Below are positions 18,294-27,392 of a stretch of 32,000 bases of DNA, in pieces. A model generated the notes under the pieces. It was given only the letters and a program-made list of their open reading frames with translations, did no database searches and was not told where the DNA came from. This stretch comes from Candidatus Saccharimonadota bacterium (GTDB taxonomy: Bacteria; Patescibacteriota; Gracilibacteria; Absconditabacterales; Absconditicoccaceae). The DNA lies in the NCBI GenBank assembly GCA_965231145.1, contig OZ246420.1, positions 150,001 through 182,000 on the forward strand, in the 5' to 3' direction. Every line of letters starts with the position of its first letter. The stretch's first letter is position 1. The translations under genes were made by a program, and so were the position numbers.

Positions 18294-18380
18294 TGGTGCC
18301 TGAAGGGGGAATCGAACCCCCACTTCCTTGCAGAAACCAGATTTTGAGTCTAGCGTGTCTACCAATTCCACCATCCAGGC
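18294..18380 (-). tRNA. tRNA-Leu(CAA), class II with long variable arm, CCA encoded
   Basis: The reverse complement folds as a cloverleaf. Acceptor is GCCTGGA/TTCAGGC (one G-U). The D arm contains GTGGAATTGGTAGACAC. The anticodon stem is CTAGA/TCTGG with loop CT-CAA-AA. There is a long variable arm, the T arm is GGGGG-TTCGATT-CCCCC, the discriminator is A, and the 3' end is CCA. Confidence 0.93.
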
Positions 18381-18394
18381 GCTTATTAATTCAT

Positions 18395-18438
18395 AATTCA
18401 CATTTCACAAAGCATAATGCTCATATGATGAGTGAATT
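18395..18438 (-). repeat. heptamer-periodic hairpin in the predicted 5' leader of pre-tRNA-Leu
   Basis: The + strand reads AATTCAC ATTTCAC AAAGCAT AATGCTC ATATGAT GAGTGAATT. The outer stem is AATTCAC/GTGAATT. It lies between the predicted promoter (18442..18469) and the tRNA 5' end (18380). Confidence 0.5.
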
Positions 18439-18441
18439 GCA

Positions 18442-18469
18442 AATATAAGAATATGCAGAGCATTTTCAA
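18442..18469 (-). promoter_or_regulatory. sigma70-type promoter for tRNA-Leu
   Basis: On the - strand: TTGAAA (18469..18464), a 16-nt spacer, TATATT (18447..18442). These are the same hexamers and spacing as the HU promoter. Confidence 0.45.
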
Positions 18470-18512
18470 TAAAGATTGGTTTAAGATTATTTTTGTATAT
18501 TTGCTAGCAAAA

Positions 18513-18571
18513 TTCGGCGTTCTCCTGAACAGCTAAAAAGGAGAGATAAGCCGAAAAATCAATTGATTTTT
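18513..18571 (+). promoter_or_regulatory. two-tier stem-loop followed by a perfect 18-nt palindrome upstream of ssb
   Basis: TTCGGC...TCTCC...GGAGA...GCCGAA (18513..18555), then AAAAATCAATTGATTTTT (18554..18571), which is its own reverse complement. Confidence 0.3.
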
Positions 18572-18639
18572 GGTGTATGTTGGGTATAGATGCGTCATAT
18601 TACAGACGTTGCTATAAAATTTTACTCTCTAACTGTGTT

Positions 18640-19053
18640 ATGATGACGTTGGATTTGAACAGAGTGACCATTATCGGGAGATGTGCAAGTGATCTTGACG
18701 TAAAAAAGATCGAAAGTACAGGAGCTTCAGTAGTAAATTTTACTGTTGCGACAAATAGAAAGTATAAGAATAAAGATGGAAATCTTCTTGAAGAGGCTGA
18801 GTATCACAGGTGTGTAGCTTATGGTAACAGCGCTGATGTCCTTGGGAGGTATCTCGTCAAAGGAAAGAAAGTGTATGTAGAAGGAAGACTAAAGACAAGA
18901 AAATGGCAAGATAGCAATTGAAATGATAGATATTCAACAGAAATTATCGTGGAGAATTTCATTTTCCTTGATTCAAGAGGACCACAGGAACATGCTGAAC
19001 ATGCGAGTGATGATGATCATGGTAGTATGCTTAGTGATGACCTTCCATTCTAA
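18640..19053 (+). CDS. ssb: single-stranded DNA-binding protein
   Basis: The OB fold reads LNRVTIIGRCASDLDVKK...VNFTVATNRKYKNKDG...EYHRCVAYGNSADVLGRYLVKGKKVYVEGRLKTRKWQD. TGA at 18919 is read as Gly. The tail is acidic and ends DDLPF. Stop is TAA at 19051..19053. Confidence 0.95.
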
Positions 19054-19066
19054 CTAACTAAATGTA

Positions 19067-19131
19067 GCAATTAGATTTCAGATGTTAGATGTTAGCAAGA
19101 TGCTGTAATCTAACATCTATTTGCCTTTTAT
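19067..19131 (+). terminator. long heptamer-periodic hairpin, AGAT family, copy 4 (after ssb)
   Basis: GCAATT AGATTTC AGATGTT AGATGTT AGCA (19067..19097), loop AGA, TGCTGTA ATCTAAC ATCTATTTGC (19101..19124), then CTTTTATT. Confidence 0.7.
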
Positions 19132-19177
19132 TATCAGCAACTAAGTGTATATGTGAATATTTTCTAGACGCAACGAT

Positions 19178-19789
19178 ATGACGACTCCACGTACAGGAGG
19201 ATGGAAGAAATTTATACTCGATTTTTTCGATGTTATTGCATTTGTTATATTTGTAACAGGGGTTATAGCAGTTGTGAGGATCTATGTGTTTCAGCCTTTC
19301 GCAGTCGTGGGAAGTAGTATGGCGCCAACTTTTCATGAAGATGATTTTGTTATTGTTGATAAGATCAGTGAGATCAAGAGAGGTGATGTGGTCGTATTTG
19401 TTCCGCACGGGCAGAAACTTCCTTATATCAAACGCGTTGTGGGCTTGCCTGGTGAAACAATAAAATTACACGATGGTGGAGTCAGTGTCTGTAAGACTGG
19501 AGATGAAGCTTCATGTAAGAAGATAGATGAAACATATTTGCCAGAAGGTACTATGACTGAAGCAAGATGTAGCATTACAAGTTTTGATGTGACCACTGGA
19601 GGTGTGTTTGTGATGGGAGATAACAGAGGATTTAGTACAGATAGCCGCTGTTGTTTTGGTCTCGGGTGTTACTCATGAAGTAACTATCTCGTGACTCCTT
19701 CTGATATGATAGGAAAGGTATTTATGAGAATTTTCCCCGACTCGCACTTGTTCAATAAGGAACAAGCTACATGGAATATCATGCCATAA
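19178..19789 (+). CDS. lepB: signal peptidase I
   Basis: Features are an N-terminal TM, the catalytic Ser box VVGSSMAPTF, the Lys box YIKRVVGLPGETI, and FVMGDNRGFSTDSR. TGA at 19676 is read through. Stop is TAA at 19787..19789. Confidence 0.93.
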
Positions 19790-19813
19790 TTTTATTTACC
19801 CGACACCTCTCCT

Positions 19814-20587
19814 ATGCGGGCAGTAGCGCACTATACCTGTAAAGAATTTCTCAGGAAAAAGGTAATCTATATCATCCTTTTCATAGCATTGCTCTTGATC
19901 TTGGGTTCAGTGCTTGCGGGTCAATTGGCGCTTTCTGAAAAGGTAAAAGTGATGCAGGATATCGCTTTTGGAGTGATAGAGATCTGCTGACTGATCGTTG
20001 TGTTGTTCTTTTGATCACATTTATTATCTGTAGAGATCGAGCAAGGAACCATTTTTATGTTGCTCTCAAAAAACATAAAAAGAGCAAATGTTATCCTCGG
20101 TAAGTATCTTTGATTTGCCGTTATATTATTGTTTTTGTGGCTCGCTCTTTGTGGAGCGTTCGCATTGCTTCTTGCAGTATACCAGATGCCTCGGCTTGAG
20201 ATGTATCGATATGTCTTGCCTGCAATCTTTCTTGGCTGGCTTTTGACGTTTGCTATTGTCTTATTTTTTTCTACTTTTGTGTCTCCGTTTGTTGCGCTGT
20301 TCACCGCGTTGATAGTGTATACACTAGGACACATGCTGAGCTTTGTTGTGTACTATGTAACAGAATTTAAGGCTGTCGCTTTTTCGTCAGTATTTGTGTA
20401 CATGGTCAAAGGGCTCTATTTGTTATGGCCAAACTATACATCGCTTAGCCTCTATGAGTTTATCAATGTTCCCGGAGCAACTCAGATTGTATGATCTCAA
20501 TTTGTAAGCTCGGGGCTTATTTCATTGGTTCATATGGTCTTATTGTTGACTTTGGCTACACTTATCTTTAGAAAAAAACAGCTTTAA
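19814..20587 (+). CDS. ABC-2 type transporter permease (NosY/YhaP-like)
   Basis: ATG at 19814 and 4 in-frame TGAs. It has six hydrophobic segments and the family-typical EIEQGTIFMLLSKNIKRANVILGKYL(G)F after TM2. Stop is TAA at 20585..20587. No adjacent ATPase gene. Confidence 0.8.
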
Positions 20588-20604
20588 TCTTATCTTTCTG
20601 CCGT

Positions 20605-21183
20605 ATGAAAATTCTTTCAAATTTTGATACTGGAGCTCCGCTTGCAGCATATCAAAAAGCCCTTGCAGAATTTGGGGCGGACAAGGTGCTATTCTTTCGT
20701 AGGCATAGGATCTATCTGACATTTTTCGTTGTGCTACCGCTTATTGGTGCGGGACTAATGATCATTGTAGCTTTTCTTGTATGGTGGAACTTCGCGTCCA
20801 ATTTCTTTCCCAATCTCTTTGGTAACCTTCTTTTCACTATTCTTTTTTGACTCATTGCATTGGTCGTCATTGCGAGGATCGCACTTAATTATATAAACTA
20901 TCTTCTCGATTATACGATAGTCACGCCTCGTCTTATTACTTCATATAATCAAACCGGTTTTTTTAAAAGAGAAGTCAGAACTATTGATACAGATAAAATA
21001 AAGACGATTACCGTCAGTGGAAGTACCTTTATGCAAAGTCTTTTTAACTATGGAACTATTATCTTTCTTTCTGAGGGGGATGATGATGATCAATGAGATA
21101 TTCGCTTAAATTATCTCCAGAGACCCAATGAACTGAAAGATGATGTTGTTCGTGTAATAGAACTTGCGAAGGATGATCATTAA
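20605..21183 (+). CDS. membrane protein with bacterial PH (YdbS/YdbT-like) domain
   Basis: Three same-frame fragments are joined by TGAs at 20848 and 21094. There are two TM helices, then ITSYNQTGFFKREVRTIDTDKIKTITVSGSTFMQSLFNYGTIIFLSEG, which resembles bPH_2/DUF304 topology. Assigned from memory. Confidence 0.6.
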
Positions 21184-21187
21184 ACTC

Positions 21188-21222
21188 ATGACGAATTATC
21201 AATTAATAATTACGAATGACGG
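21188..21222 (+). repeat. tandem heptamer array ATGACGA ATTATCA ATTAATA ATTACGA ATGACGG
   Basis: Five 7-nt units start 5 nt after the TAA stop of the preceding gene. The array contains AATTACGAAT (21208..21217), shared with 9789..9819. Confidence 0.5.
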
Positions 21223-21297
21223 TAAGAGAAATCTATTGACTAGAGACTATGAATTATTTTATGAGCCTTCTACTTTATAACTTTATGAACTGTTAAT

Positions 21298-21633
21298 ATG
21301 ACAGGTGTTCAGATACCTATGGATGTGTATGAGTCTCCAAGAGAGCTGGTGATTATGATCCCATTGGGGTGAGTACAGAAGAAAAGCGTAGAGCTTTTTT
21401 TTGAAGATTATAAATTAATCATCAGTGGAAAAAGAGTTCAGCCTAAGGTGAAAGATGATCTTCGTCCATTGCAACAAGAGTGCTACCGGGGTGAGTTCCG
21501 TCAGGAAGTGGAGCTTCCGCCTTACATCTATTTTGATCGTATTCAGTCAACCATCTCTACCGAGAATGTGTTGCAGATTGTTGTGCCAAAATCGCTTTTA
21601 CCGGAGAAGATGAAAGTGAATGTAGACTATTAA
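21298..21633 (+). CDS. Hsp20/alpha-crystallin family small heat-shock protein
   Basis: PMDVYESPRELVIMIPLG(G)VQKKSVELFFEDYKLIISGKR...ECYRGEFRQEVELPPYIYFDRIQSTISTENVLQIVVPK matches the ACD pattern. TGA is at 21370. TAA stop. Confidence 0.88.
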
Positions 21634-21635
21634 CA

Positions 21636-21715
21636 AGTTTGTAAAGTTTATAAAGTTCGTAAAGTAAAAAACTCTATGAAACTTTATGAACATTTAACTT
21701 TCAACTTTATGAACT
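21636..21715 (+). repeat. periodic hairpin between hsp20 and tsaD; the 3' arm abuts the tsaD start codon
   Basis: The 5' units are GTTTGTAAA GTTTATAAA GTTCGTAAAGT (period 9). The 3' units are AACTTTATGAAC (21680..21691) and AACTTTATGAACT (21703..21715). GTTCGTAAAGT pairs with ACTTTATGAAC with one G-U. The tsaD ATG is at 21716. Confidence 0.55.
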
Positions 21716-22819
21716 ATGACGAAGACGTTTGCAATAGAAACAAGTTGTGATGATACTTCTGTATGAATTGTCTGCTATGACAATGGTGTTTTTTCTGTAG
21801 AGAAGCTCCTTGCATATTCGCAAATTCAAGATCATCAAAAATTTGGTGGTGTGGTTCCAGAGGTAGCATATAGACTTCACTCTGAAAAGATGATACATTT
21901 ACTCCAAGAGATCGGGCTGGAGTCTATCTCAGGGATTGACTCTATAAGTGTGACAACTCATCCAGGGTTAGGCTGATCGCTTCTCGTGGGAAAGACTGCT
22001 GCGGAGATGCTCGGCGTTCATTACAGTAAAAAAGTCATAGGTGTAAACCACATTTACGGGCATATTTTTTCACTCTTATTGGAAAGAAATATCGATCAAC
22101 TTCCATTTCCATGGGTTGTGTTGACGGCCTCTGGGGGACACAACGAAATTTACTTCGTAAATTTAATTCAAAATTCAAAATGTAAAATGCAAAATGAAAG
22201 CATTCCTTATTATTTAGAGGACTTCGAAATAAAAAAGTTGGGCCAAACATTAGATGATGCGGCTGGTGAATGTTTTGATAAGGTTGCTCGTATGCTTGGA
22301 TGACCATATCCTGGCGGCGTCTGGATAGGACAAAAAGCGCTTCAGGGTAAGCCAAATGAAAGCGTCCAATTTAAGCGTATTTTTCTTGACCATGATAAAT
22401 ATGAGTTCTCATTTTCTGGCATGAAATCGCAGGTTCATTACTTGCTCAGTACTTTCGAGAAAGAGTGAGTCACATTGACTGAGCAGCTTATCTGTGACAT
22501 TGCTTATGAGTTTCAGGAAGCTGTGGTAGAGGTGTTAGCAAAGAAACTTGTGCAAGCAGCTCATGCCCATGGCGCAAAGACCATGGGGATAGCGGGAGGA
22601 GTTTCGGCAAATGATAGATTATTCCAATATGCTGCAGAGTATGCACAAAAAAGATTTTCTGCGAAAGAGATTATTACTACCAATGAAAATACTGTGGTGA
22701 TCTCTGAGGCATTTGACGGACAAACGCTACCACTCATGCGTCCCATGAAAAAGGTCTATTCGACTGATAATGCTGCGATGATAGGAGTGGTAGGGTTACT
22801 TACCGATATATCGAGATAA
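21716..22819 (+). CDS. tsaD: tRNA N6-adenosine threonylcarbamoyltransferase TsaD
   Basis: One frame with 4 in-frame TGAs. Motifs are FAIETSCDDTSV(G)IV, GGVVPEVAYRLH, VTTHPGLG(G)SLLVG, VNHIYGHIF, TASGGHNE, LGQTLDDAAGECFDKVARMLG(G)PYPGG, GIAGGVSAN and STDNAAMIG. Stop is TAA at 22817..22819. Confidence 0.95.
22165..22206 (+). repeat. in-frame tandem heptamer array inside tsaD
   Basis: AATTCAA AATTCAA AATGTAA AATGCAA AATGAAA GCATTCC encodes part of NLIQNSKCKMQNESIP. It lies between the GGH motif and LG.T.DDAAGE, where the spacer is about 23 aa here against about 8 aa in the E. coli sequence as I recall it. Confidence 0.6.
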
Positions 22820-23533
22820 CATATCTTCCACAACCAAATCATATTTCTCTGGCATCTCGAGAAAGCTGCCATGTCATGCTTTTCCAAGGGTAACGATCAT
22901 GCTTTTCTCATACATGTCGGCTATATGCTCCGCATTTCCTATAGGGTCAGAGAAGTTATTGTCATTTTCCGAAAGCAAAATATGTCATTGAACTCATATT
23001 TTCCCGCTTGTCTCCTTATGTTTTAATGCATATAAACACCTTTGTGAGATTCATTTCTGCAGACCGAGCATGGCGCACTCTGTATTGATTTTATGAGCGT
23101 TTTTTACCGCAAAAGGTGACGATGGGCGATTAAACATTGTTGCTATTTTCTTGATGAGCCATGCATTTTTATAGCCATATTTTCGTATATGAGCTCATAG
23201 CCATAGCAGGAGTCTTGAAGAGATCGAGAGATCTTTGATGTGTCATAGTCAGCATATCGAGACATGTGCGACAACTTTCTCGTTTCACATTCTGAGTAAT
23301 TTTCTTGCTATAAGATCTCCAAAAGAGGTTGAGATAATAACTATCTTTTCATAGTGAGTTTCATCTATGATCTTTTGAATTGCATCGATTTCCATGGATT
23401 CATGAAAAGTGTCTTGAGTCCAATGGTGAGCAATACACATATAACCAAGCTTTTGTGCGATAGCAGGAATGTTGCCTCGGAACTCTATGCCGGCATGGGA
23501 GATGTTTGGCAGTAGTAAACAAAGCTTGCTCAT
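22727..23533 (-). CDS. alpha/beta hydrolase fold protein
   Basis: ORF 23285..23533 continues through 8 in-frame TGAs to TAG at 22727..22729 (268 aa). The nucleophile-elbow-like segment is VIISTSFGDLIA. The C-terminal His motif is TLGKA(G)HGSFLEMPEKY. The last 93 nt overlap the convergent tsaD 3' end. Confidence 0.65.
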
Positions 23534-23565
23534 ACGCTATTTTCAATGTTAAATATGAAATTCTG

Positions 23566-25161
23566 TTATCTGACTTTAGTAGTGACGTTAAACTTTTTCA
23601 TAGGTTTGCCGAGCATGAGTCCAATCTGCGTATGTAGCGCCGGAATGCCGGAAAAGAGAAGAAGCGTTGGTCCCACAAGCAGCGCAAAGGCAAAGAGGAG
23701 TTTCAGGAGTTCCCATCATTTTCTTGGCCGCGATTTGAGTTGTTTCCAAGGACAGAAAATGATCTGTACGCCTATCACGATGATCATGAGAATCATAGAA
23801 AACTTTGCGAAAAGAGAGATCGCTGCGCCAAGACTTACGTAATTACTAAGTTGAATGTCCTTGAAATACGTGAAGAAAAGTCATGCAAGAAGCACGATAT
23901 GAAACGTAGACCAGAGCACAATAGACTCAAAAAGTCTGATGTTTTCGAAGAGCGTGGTTGCTCTCGGGATTGTTTTTCGTTGGTCGATCATCTGACAGAA
24001 ACTGTATGGTATGTCTTCTGCTCCATGAGACCATCTTCTCATTTGTTTGTATTGTGCTCCAGCTGTTTTAAAAACAGATGTGTTGAGATTGCAGTCCTGA
24101 TATACTTTTGCATAGACAGGTACGCATTCGTAATTTCCCTTGAGCGCAAAGTAACTTCTTCGGTACTGATGACCATCTTCCACGATTGTTTGTTTTGACC
24201 GGAAGTGCGTATCTATAAGTGCATCAAGTGGCTGTGCGTGGGTAGAAAAATTTCTTGTGCCGCGAGCTTTCGTGAAATTGAAGAGGATCCAGAAGCTATT
24301 GAAGAGACTAATGATCTTTGAGAAAAAAGGTGCCTGCCAGAAATTATTGAAGAAGAAAATGATAGGCTGATATGCCTTATGTTTTCTGTCCGGTGTGATA
24401 AGATACGTATACGTGAGGATAGAGAAATATTCTTTATCGACATTTGTATCTGCGTCGAGAGTCGTGACGAGAATTTTATCAGGAGTTGTACGAAAATGAG
24501 CAATGATTTCTTCATAGAGCTTTTGTGCTGCAGTCGTAATATTGGCTCACTTACCTATCATTTCATCGCTTGCAAGCTCGTGAAGCGTGTAGTTAAAATA
24601 ACCAAATATTCCTGAAAATTCTGACTCAAGTTTAGACCGCACTGAAAGGAAATGTTCTTTCTTTGCAGCTTCACCATTCACGGTAACAGCAAGTTTCGTA
24701 AGATTATAATTACTTTCTTTGAGTGCCTGGAGTGTATCACGGAGGATTTCATAACTTTCATTGACCATAGGGATCATACACCAGTGAACGATATCGTTTG
24801 CGCTAAGATCTTGAGGAAGAAGCCCCTGCATTCTTTTTTCTTCGCCTGCAAGAGTCTCATTTGCAAAGAGCACATGATCATAACGATGCTTATTTGCTTG
24901 TGAAAGATGAAAAATAGCGATGATCATAAATGTCGCGTATTCAAATCATCTGATCAGCCGCCGCACATAGTAGACGAGTATAAATGCAGCAATCATAAAT
25001 GCGATGCGCTCAGCTCCTACTTGTTGGTCAAAGATGAAAATACCATATCCTACGAAGATGATACAGATGATAAGTAATGCTATTGCTCATGGAATGATCC
25101 CAAGTGCCTTATACAACAGAGGATATTTTCTCTTGGTTTCATTGATCTCTATATGTCGCAT
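23566..25161 (-). CDS. processive family-2 glycosyltransferase (cellulose/chitin-synthase-like) with flanking TM helices
   Basis: ATG at 25161 and 5 in-frame TGAs join ORFs 24547..24927 and 23881..24183 (all one frame). Features are two N-terminal TMs, MIPMVNESYEIL, IGK(G)ANITTA, the DxD motif VTTLDADT, the Q(Q/R)xRW-type motif QYKQMRRWSHGAEDIP and C-terminal TMs. Stop is TAA at 23566..23568. Confidence 0.85.
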
Positions 25162-25185
25162 GTTCTTTATATTTTTCACCTGTCA

Positions 25186-26373
25186 CTAAAAGATAACTGC
25201 AAAGTCTGATGTATTGTCTTTCTTGCTTACTGGCTTCTTAAGCTGTATGTGTACCTCATATTCACCCACTTTGCCAATCCCATCTACATGGAAATATGTA
25301 TCAGAGATGGGGACTTCGCAGCTCGGTGCTCCATTTTCACATACCTTCACTTGCCGCTCGAGAAATGGAAATACTTGATTTACACTGGATGAGAGCCTGT
25401 TGAGAAGGTTGAGCGAGAGAATAGGTTGTCCGAGTGTGCTGTCATTGAGTATAGTTGCAAATCCACTTGATGAGTTAACGACTTGGTCGTTTGCGGGAAC
25501 CGCATTGTGCTCGTCAAGAAGCGACGTACCGATAGAAGGCTGTAAGATGACGTTAAATTCGTAATCTCCGCTTGGGTCTCCCATGAAAAAATTTGGAGTA
25601 TTTGTTCCGAGAGTATCGCTTACGTGATTAATATGGCTTTCTCTGATCGAGTTTTCAAAATCGTAGAGTGGTACTTCCTGATTGTAGTCGACTGAGATAG
25701 TAGGGATAATGGAAAATGTTTCGCTATTCGTGGTATTGATACCGCGCAATCATCGATTGACGATTATATCATCGCTAATCGAATCGTTGTCTATATCGCT
25801 GCCAGTATCTATGCCAGCTCCTGAAAATGAGCCGAGTATTTTGGGTGGTAGTCTCAGTGTTCCCTGAAGATAAATGCCATTTGGTGCAGTGATAGTTGCG
25901 ATCGCACCTGTGGTGTATCTTTCCTCTGGTGCGACAGATAGATCTTTATAAAGTGGTATTTCTATGATACCATCATAACCCATCATGTTGAACTCTTTGC
26001 TTCCAATTCCTGCCAGGAGAGGCTCGACATCGCCTCAGGATACTTGTGGTATGAGACCATTGTTTACTGAGAGGATGGACCGTTGCATTTTATTGTTGGC
26101 GAGAGTGATATTTCAGAAATCTTGAGTAATAAGGTCGCTTATGACTCATGATACGACTGCTCATCCATCAAAACCCCCTCGTCATTCGTATCATGCCTGA
26201 TGATATCTCAGTGATAGTAGAGCTCTTTCGGTGCTTGCTATCGCTCCATAGTATGCGATGTTGTAGTTTGCGGTGTTTCCAAGTATCGAGAAAAAGGGCA
26301 GTATAGATGAATATAGTGCGCTGACGATAACCGCTCACATGGCAATTATAGATATAACGATGACAAGAAGCAT
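25186..26373 (-). CDS. hypothetical N-terminally anchored surface protein (PilX-like N-terminus, tentative)
   Basis: ORFs 25186..25749 and 25750..25986 plus upstream sequence form one frame with 8 in-frame TGAs, starting at ATG 26373. MLLVIVISIIAM(G)AVIVSALYSSILPFF is the TM anchor. NTANYNIAYYGAIASTERALLSLRY is reminiscent of PilX/minor-pilin N-domains. The rest is Asp/Ser/Asn-rich. Stop is TAG at 25186..25188. Confidence 0.6.
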
Positions 26374-26465
26374 GTACAGAAGGAGAAATCTAAATCGTTA
26401 GCTTCGAGAGTATAGATTTCGTCTGCATTCGCAAATAGAAATTAATGAACTAACGAATATATTTC

Positions 26466-27392
26466 TTAATATCCTTTTGTTGTATCCCACGCTCTGGTCT
26501 CTGTATTGTCTTTCATGCTGATAGCGGTTGCATTGTCTGCTTGCAAATATTTTTTATTGAACAGATCCTGCATAAACAGATATTTTCTTTTCATCATCGG
26601 ATCGCTTCCTGCAAGGAGGGCAAACACATGGTGATGATTGAGATACATGTTGAAACTTTCAGCAAAATCCTCGAATGGATCGCTCATTGCGTATCCGCCT
26701 ACAAATCACATTGAGCCAGCATCGTCTTTTCTGATGGAGTTAGTCAGCCAGCTTATGCTATAAAAACCCAATGAGTCGTCGTCGACGGAAAAGAACGTAT
26801 GATCGATGTTTGCAAAATTTTTCTGTAAACGTTTTGAGTCTCCTTGGATCACTCCGAGGTCTATGATATGTCATAATTCGTGAGTAAGGATTTCGATAAA
26901 CTCATCCTGTGATTTGATATTACCAAGATTGATACTGATCGTAGCTTTCCCCGCCCGTCATCTGCGAGATCATTTACCTGTATCGAGAGTGATAGAGTAA
27001 AGTGCATCTGCAAGCTTTATATGAGAGTCGAGGATAGCGTCGATATTTTTGATTTGCCTAATGATCATGGACTGATATTTCCTTTTATCGGCATCAGGAA
27101 AAGCACCTGTAAATTTAATTTTTGCACACAGAGATGTATTACTTGCACAGTTGCTGCTCGTGGGTATAGTGAGCGAGGAAGAACTCGTAGATGTGTTCTT
27201 TGTTCTTATGCTGCCGCCAGATTGAGAGATGTAGACAGGTATTTCGAAGGCAGCTCATTGTGGTCCACCATCAAAATAGAGCTGCTGGGAAATATATCCG
27301 ACTTTAGGAATTTGGTAAGCGTATACTGCTATCATGATGATGATTCATCAGATAGTATAGAAAAGTATCTTACGGAAGAATGGTGCTGCCAT
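26466..27392 (-). CDS. membrane-anchored zincin metallopeptidase (HExxH plus downstream EDFAE, M34/MtfA-like arrangement)
   Basis: ORF 26466..26687 is extended upstream through 7 in-frame TGAs to ATG 27392. The N-terminal TM is FYTIGGIIIMIAVYAY. A Ser/Thr-rich linker follows. The active-site motif is ILTHEL(G)HIIDLG, followed by SDPFEDFAESFNMY, a candidate third-ligand Glu helix. Stop is TAA at 26466..26468. Confidence 0.7.

Noticed and set aside
18167-18448. 93-aa + strand ORF from the track.
   Set aside because: It overlaps the well-folded tRNA-Leu(CAA) on the opposite strand and the leader hairpin, and it has no protein-like features.
23546-24198. + strand ORFs 23546..23842 and 23740..24198.
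   Set aside because: They are antisense to the GT2 synthase, whose DxD and QxxRW-type motifs give strong coding evidence on the - strand.
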